From the NCBI GenBank assembly GCA_022511265.1, contig JAFLRX010000008.1, forward strand, positions 6,620 through 70,619: a stretch of DNA of 64,000 nucleotides, given 5' to 3'. Position 1 is the stretch's first letter, and the number at the start of each line of letters is the position of its first letter. The translations under genes and the position numbers were made by a program. The notes under the pieces are model-generated. The model did not search any database and was not told the DNA's origin. It worked only from the letters and a program-made list of their open reading frames with translations. This DNA is from Eubacterium sp. Its GTDB lineage: Bacteria; Bacillota; Clostridia; Oscillospirales; Ruminococcaceae. Of the stretch, positions 58,563-64,000 are shown piece after piece.

Positions 58563-61346
58563 TCAGTACCTTCTCAGCTTCTGCACAGCCACCATAACAG
58601 CCGCTGCCGCAAGATTGTATATTGTCAGCACGGTAGGCGTCAGCAGGAAGGTCTGCTTGAATGCCGTCATCAACAGCACCAGCACAACGCCGAGCGCCGC
58701 GCATGCCGTCATTATCGCACCGGATATCGAGAATACCCTCATCAGCGACTTTGCGGTCAGTATGCCGCGCGCGAGCGAGGTAAATGTACCTCCGCAGGAC
58801 AGCCCTCCGCTGCCGCGCGAGGTGTACTTAGTACATTCGTCATACTCCTCATGCGCGCCGTGCGGCAATATCTTTATCAGCTCGGGGTCTAACTCGAACA
58901 TATCCGCCAGCTTTTCAACGGTCACTATAGAGTCGGTGGTGCGTACGATTATTGCTACATTTTCCTTCTGCAATGCCTGTAGGCTGCTCTTTATCTCGTG
59001 GTTGGCGGTCATGCATATAATGAACATCGCCACTACTTCTCCGCCCACCGCGAGATATACTACCTCGTCACTATCCGCCGCGCAATGCTTGCGCTCGGAC
59101 TTTGTAGAGGGCAGCTCGATATGGTGGGTGGTCATCAGCGCCCTGCCGCCGAACATCACACGCCGTGTGCCTATCCAACCGGTGACGCCGCTGTTGTCCT
59201 CATAAATGCAGCCGTCCACCTTTTTCAGCAGCTCTTTATCGCCCAGCGTCACGTCATAGAACGCGTAGGACAGTATTCCGTCGGTGTGTATCGCAAGGCT
59301 TGCCGCCATTACTATTGCCTCGTCTATGTTGACGGAGGTAACGGCGTTCTTCCTCTGGCATATCTTTACGCTGCGTATTACCGCGCTGCCCGCGGGGAAC
59401 AGCGTCTTAGCGTCGGTCATAACGGTATTTACCGCGGAAAACTCGCTTGCCGCCTCATATCCCAGCAGTGCCGCGTTGTTTTTGGACAGCTGCTTTGAGG
59501 TCGCGCTTAGCGGGCGGTTTATCATCAGCATTACTGAATACGGCGCGGCTATCGTCGCCGCCGCTATACCTGCCGAAAGTGCCCAAAACAGCGGATTTTC
59601 GCTCGCAACAGAAACATCAAATTCCGCGCCGAACAGGTTGAAGTAACCAATCAGTCCCGCGATAAGACCCGCCGCCAGCGAGCCTATTACCAGCTTGCCG
59701 GACAGTCTGTCCGCCGCGTCGTCGCAATAGCTGGATTTAAGAAAATCAGTGAGAAATTCAGTCTTTCTCATTACCGCCAGCACCGGCACACGATCGGTAA
59801 GCCCCTTTGTAAACATGGACACCGACGCGTCGTTTTCCACACGCTGGGCGTAATATTTCTGACTGTCGCCGGAGATAAAGCGGAAGTTGCGCTTTGCCCG
59901 GACTATCATATATATCTTTCCTGCGGTGTTGAACATCAGTGCCACCAACGCCGCGGAAATGTAAATGAACATATGCCCTATCCGGAATGACTGCATATCC
60001 ACCAGCGCAGCCACGCCGCCAATCAGCGACAGCACCGCGGTAAACGCGCAGACCGAGTCGCAGTCAGGCTTTCCGGTTATCAGCTTCAGCATACCGTTGC
60101 TCAGCGCGGTAGAGCATACCGCAAAGCCCAGCACGCCCAGCACCAGATGGACATACAGCAGGCTCTCGACGTCCGTCATGCGATTGACGAAATTCAGCGC
60201 GTCCAGCCCCAGTGTACCGAACAGGTTAAAGTCGTTCAGCATCGCCACGATAACGCTCAGCGCGGTGATTATCACCAGCAGCGTCATCCTGACCTTCAGT
60301 CCCTTATGGCTGGCACACAGGTCAGCCCATATCTGCCCGGTGCTGTCAAAATCGTCGAACTCGTCCTCGTTATCCTGTGCGTTATCCTCTTGCTCCGTGC
60401 CGGATTCGTCCTCCAGCACAAAGTCCTTTATCTTGTGCTTTTTCTCCGCGCCCAGCTCTGCCAGCCGTTCTTCCTCCACTACGGGGTTTTCTTTCGGCAG
60501 TGCGCCGGTCGCCTCTATTATCTGCTTTTTATAATCAATGTTCAGCGGATGCGCCACCGCCGACGGCTTGTTCTTTATATTTGTCAGCGTGATCGTGCGG
60601 TGCGCCCTGATGTCGGATTTGCGCTTTTCCTCCATCGACTTGTTCAGCTTGTCGATAAGTGAGGTGTTAGGCGGCTTTTTCGCTACGTATTCCTTTACCT
60701 CTTCGCTCTCGTTTATCTTCTCCGCTATCTTGGTGGACGACGGGGGCAGCTGCTTTATCTGCTCTGCCTTGACGTCCTGCGTGTTGCCGCGGAACATATG
60801 GCTGACGTCCTCGGCGGGGAATACCTCTTCTTCCTCTGCCGACGACTCGGCAAATACCTTTTCCTTTACCTCTATCGGGTTGACAAGGTCCAGCATCGCG
60901 TCGGGGTCGCTGTTTTCTCTCTCTTTTTCCAGCAGCAGCTCGCGCTTTTGCTCTTCCTCCTGCTGCTTTCTCAGCACCTCGGTCTGAGAGGGCTCGGGCT
61001 TGGGTGCCGGTTTCGGCTCGGGCTTGGGCTCAGGCTTTGGTTCCGGCTTAGGCTCGGGCTTGGGCGGCTCGTCCTCTTCGTCGTCGACGGTGGTTATCAG
61101 CTCGCTCTCGGCGGCGGATATCGCAAACTTCTCGGTACCCGCCAGCACCGACTCTACCGCATAGCTTTTGTTTTCGGGGGCGGCAGGCTCGTCCGGATTA
61201 TCCTCACGCTTCGCCTCGATATCGTTCAGTACGTCGGTATACGACAGGTCGGGGACAGACTTCCCCGCGTCTGACGGTGTATCGGCGTCGCGGGATTTTT
61301 TCGCGTCCAGCTCCGCCAGTATATCATCTATCGAATAATCTGCCAT
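58563..61346 (-). CDS. membrane protein with acidic disordered N-terminus and degenerate P1B-type ATPase-like core
   Basis: Several TM helices; VNTVMTDAKTLFP at the DKTGT position; GRALM; VYLAVGGEVVAMF; IVRTTDS at the TGDN position. Confidence 0.7.
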   Translation of the reverse strand: MADYSIDDILAELDAKKSRDADTPSDAGKSVPDLSYTDVLNDIEAKREDNPDEPAAPENKSYAVESVLAGTEKFAISAAESELITTVDDEEDEPPKPEPKPEPKPEPKPEPKPAPKPEPSQTEVLRKQQEEEQKRELLLEKERENSDPDAMLDLVNPIEVKEKVFAESSAEEEEVFPAEDVSHMFRGNTQDVKAEQIKQLPPSSTKIAEKINESEEVKEYVAKKPPNTSLIDKLNKSMEEKRKSDIRAHRTITLTNIKNKPSAVAHPLNIDYKKQIIEATGALPKENPVVEEERLAELGAEKKHKIKDFVLEDESGTEQEDNAQDNEDEFDDFDSTGQIWADLCASHKGLKVRMTLLVIITALSVIVAMLNDFNLFGTLGLDALNFVNRMTDVESLLYVHLVLGVLGFAVCSTALSNGMLKLITGKPDCDSVCAFTAVLSLIGGVAALVDMQSFRIGHMFIYISAALVALMFNTAGKIYMIVRAKRNFRFISGDSQKYYAQRVENDASVSMFTKGLTDRVPVLAVMRKTEFLTDFLKSSYCDDAADRLSGKLVIGSLAAGLIAGLIGYFNLFGAEFDVSVASENPLFWALSAGIAAATIAAPYSVMLMINRPLSATSKQLSKNNAALLGYEAASEFSAVNTVMTDAKTLFPAGSAVIRSVKICQRKNAVTSVNIDEAIVMAASLAIHTDGILSYAFYDVTLGDKELLKKVDGCIYEDNSGVTGWIGTRRVMFGGRALMTTHHIELPSTKSERKHCAADSDEVVYLAVGGEVVAMFIICMTANHEIKSSLQALQKENVAIIVRTTDSIVTVEKLADMFELDPELIKILPHGAHEEYDECTKYTSRGSGGLSCGGTFTSLARGILTAKSLMRVFSISGAIMTACAALGVVLVLLMTAFKQTFLLTPTVLTIYNLAAAAVMVAVQKLRRY

Positions 61347-61347
61347 A

Positions 61348-62100
61348 TTATTGTTTCCTTTCAGCTTTCTTCTCTCTGCCGCGGACGTACTCGTACATTA
61401 AAATACCCGCACTTACCGACGCGTTGAGAGAATTGACCTTTCCGAACATCGGCAGGGACACTATCACGTCACAGTTTTCCCTTACCAGTCTGCCCAGACC
61501 GTACCCCTCCGAGCCGATAACCAGCGCAGACGCGCCGTACAGCTCTGTATCGGTGACGGACACGCCGTCCGCCTCCGCTCCGTATATCCATATATTTTTC
61601 TGTTTCAGATATTTCAGTGTTTCGCACAGGTTGGTGACGCGGGCTATCTTTATCCATGCCGCCGCCCCCGCCGAGGTCTTGTACACCGTGGCGTTGACCG
61701 CCGCGCTGCGCCGCTTGGGTATTATCACACCGTGCGCGCCCGCCGCCTCTGCGGTGCGGATTATCGCGCCGAGGTTGTGCGGGTCCTCTATCTCATCGCA
61801 TATTATTATAAACGGCGGCTCGCCCTTTTCCTCGGCAACAGCCAGTATGTCGTCAACCGTGCAGTATTGCACGCTGGAAAGCCGTGCGGCAACGCCGCCG
61901 TTCTTGTCCGTGCCGCACAGCTTTGTCAGCTGCGCGTTGTCAAGCGACTTGTATATTATCCCGTTTTTCCGTGCAACGGCTGCCATTTCTCCGAAGAAAC
62001 GGCTGTCCTTTGCGATATATATCTCATCGATGGGGCTGCCTGCCCTGACCGCCTCGGTCACGGCGTTTTTCCCGAAAATCAGCTCTCCGGTCTCCGGCAT
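61348..62100 (-). CDS. rlmB: 23S rRNA (guanosine-2'-O)-methyltransferase RlmB, SpoU family
   Basis: IFGKNAVTEA, DEIEDPHNLGAIIRTA, KTSAGA, IGSEGYG, SLNASVSAGILMYE; AAGG RBS before MPETG. Confidence 0.95.
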   Translation of the reverse strand: MPETGELIFGKNAVTEAVRAGSPIDEIYIAKDSRFFGEMAAVARKNGIIYKSLDNAQLTKLCGTDKNGGVAARLSSVQYCTVDDILAVAEEKGEPPFIIICDEIEDPHNLGAIIRTAEAAGAHGVIIPKRRSAAVNATVYKTSAGAAAWIKIARVTNLCETLKYLKQKNIWIYGAEADGVSVTDTELYGASALVIGSEGYGLGRLVRENCDVIVSLPMFGKVNSLNASVSAGILMYEYVRGREKKAERKQ

Positions 62101-62256
62101 CCAATCAATCCCTTTCCTTTTGCAGTCAAAGTATGACAAATAGTCTGTCAATATTATAATCCTTATTATTATATCATAATTTTCCGCCGATGTCAAATCG
62201 GCAAAAGTGCGTTTTTGCAAAAAATAACCGCCCGTGGCAGGGCGGCTGTTGTATGT

Positions 62257-63999
62257 TTAATAATCAGGATTGATGCTTCCATTGATATTATAATTATCAA
62301 ACCTGATATTTTTTGTTATATATGTATACTTTTTCATCAGATCATAATTATCCGTCATAGCAAAAGGCTCTATCGCATCGGCGACATCATACCACAGACC
62401 TATCAGAATTCCCGCACTTACCGACCCGGAGATTGTCCCTCCCGCAGAGTAAAATTTCATCACATCCGTGCCGTAGTTCATAACATCATAACTATTCAAC
62501 GCGAACACTTTTTCGCCGTTAGTATTTATTACGATACATTCATCCGTATCGGATACTATCGCCACCGAATAACCGTCGGGGGTAAAGCGGCTTATCCGTG
62601 AATATTCGTGCTTTAACGCATGTTCATCCAGAATATTGCCGTCCTTGTCAGCGTAGACCAGACACGGCATACCATTGGTACCGGTATCTAACGGGACAAT
62701 ATACATACCGCCGGTATACACGGGGGTTGTCTCGATATCAAAGGAATAATCCAGCGCGCCCAGCGACGTCACGTTCAGGTCTTTGTCAACAACGTAATAT
62801 TCAGTATTCTCCACATCATAGGTAAACTCTCTATAGGTGATTTCTTCATTCCATATCATCACCGCGCCGGATATCTTGTTGTACCGGAGATAGTTTCCGA
62901 AAGTTTCCTGTTCGCTTGAAATCTGCACCGTCGACATAATACAAAATTCCTGCTCGGTCATCTTGCCCGTGCGGTAGTTCAGCACACGGAATTTATCTTC
63001 GTCGAGATTTCCCACTATAGCCAGTTCGTCGGTGCACAGCATGATATAGTTATACTCCGTGCCCTCGTCTTCGTAAAGTATCTCGCCGTCGTCGATGATA
63101 TATCCGGCATAATGCCACAAGTCGTTGCCCGCATAGGTGACAAAGCCCGCCGCTATCGCGGTGCCTTCCTCGTATTTCGACCCGGTGATCCTTACTCCGA
63201 CGCAGTCTTTCTTGCTGATAACTGTCTCGCCCGTCTCGGCGTCTATAAGATAGCCGACACAGTCATTGCTGACAAACGAGATATATTTTCCTACACTGTT
63301 CAGCCCGTAATAATCCGGCTCTAACCCGCCTGTCAGCGTCTTGTATATCTTTTTCCCGCTGTAGGTGTACAGCGTAGTGAACGGCGCGGTCGTATCGTGC
63401 AGCGGCTCGTCCGTACGCACCATATAGCCGACGCCGAGATCGTCTATTATTTTTCCCTCATGCTCCAGCTCTATCTCGCTGCCGTCGGGTCTTATTAACT
63501 TTCGCGCATAGGTCAGCGCGCCGCTTTCTTGATTATCCCAGCCATTCATCACCAACAGGTCGCCGCTGCCGGTAACGGTTATGTCATCATATTCAGGAGG
63601 TATAATAAACTCGCCGTTGAGGTCAATAATGCCGTATTTTTTGTTTATCGTAAAGCCGTATCCGTTATCCTCGCCAACCGATGCTATTATGCCATAGCTA
63701 CCGTCGGACAGCTTGGCGATATAGCGTAGGCTGCCGCTGGTATATATACTGTCAGGGTCATCGGTGACGAGCGCGCTGTTGCTGTACTCATCAAGGTCTA
63801 TGCCTCTGCCGAACTGTATATAATTTCCGTATTTATCGCGCCCTACCGAGCCGCTGAACAACAGCCCGCACTCGAACAACTCGCCGTCAACCATGCGTGC
63901 GTATTTTTCATAATGCTCTTTTACACCGTAAAAATCATAACCTGTATGATGCTCTTTCGCCCCGATATTGCTGACACTGCCGTCTGTGCTGATATCCTC
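62257..63999 (-). CDS. WG-repeat-like surface protein; 5' end lies outside the window
   Basis: YGIIDLNGEFIIPPEYDDI motif; frame is open upstream of the ORF-track ATG (63894) to the window edge. Confidence 0.65.
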   Translation of the reverse strand, partial: EDISTDGSVSNIGAKEHHTGYDFYGVKEHYEKYARMVDGELFECGLLFSGSVGRDKYGNYIQFGRGIDLDEYSNSALVTDDPDSIYTSGSLRYIAKLSDGSYGIIASVGEDNGYGFTINKKYGIIDLNGEFIIPPEYDDITVTGSGDLLVMNGWDNQESGALTYARKLIRPDGSEIELEHEGKIIDDLGVGYMVRTDEPLHDTTAPFTTLYTYSGKKIYKTLTGGLEPDYYGLNSVGKYISFVSNDCVGYLIDAETGETVISKKDCVGVRITGSKYEEGTAIAAGFVTYAGNDLWHYAGYIIDDGEILYEDEGTEYNYIMLCTDELAIVGNLDEDKFRVLNYRTGKMTEQEFCIMSTVQISSEQETFGNYLRYNKISGAVMIWNEEITYREFTYDVENTEYYVVDKDLNVTSLGALDYSFDIETTPVYTGGMYIVPLDTGTNGMPCLVYADKDGNILDEHALKHEYSRISRFTPDGYSVAIVSDTDECIVINTNGEKVFALNSYDVMNYGTDVMKFYSAGGTISGSVSAGILIGLWYDVADAIEPFAMTDNYDLMKKYTYITKNIRFDNYNINGSINPDY

Positions 64000-64000
64000 G

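Overview
Ordinary-looking chromosomal segment of a Clostridia bacterium. Gene content and sigma-A promoter style suggest Oscillospiraceae/Ruminococcaceae (inference). About 52 CDS were called; the first and last run off the window. Housekeeping content: GH51 arabinofuranosidase plus GH27 beta-L-arabinopyranosidase, CIRCE-controlled groESL, serC-serA, queT with a preQ1-I riboswitch, comM, pgm, rpmE, pcrA, rlmB, a two-component system with a MacB-like ABC fusion, a PadR-DUF1700-DUF4097-PspC operon and an ABC-F protein. No rRNA, tRNA, CRISPR array, transposase, integrase or phage gene was seen. The most interesting signals are: (1) a ~160-bp three-hairpin intergenic element in two copies whose central palindrome shows six fully compensatory changes, one copy sitting between the arms of an 18-bp inverted repeat (REPIN/MITE-like); (2) a lipoprotein / ECF sigma / anti-sigma trio sharing an unrecognised ~230-aa extracellular domain (1 copy and 3 copies); (3) a module of a pseudo-response regulator, a degenerate ECF-like protein and a 912-aa acidic membrane protein; (4) a catalytically degenerate P1B-ATPase-like protein; (5) a MutS-related ATPase behind a leader ORF whose SD is sequestered in a hairpin; (6) a relBE-like relic and an orphan mazF. 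All family assignments come from motif recognition by eye; no database searches were run.
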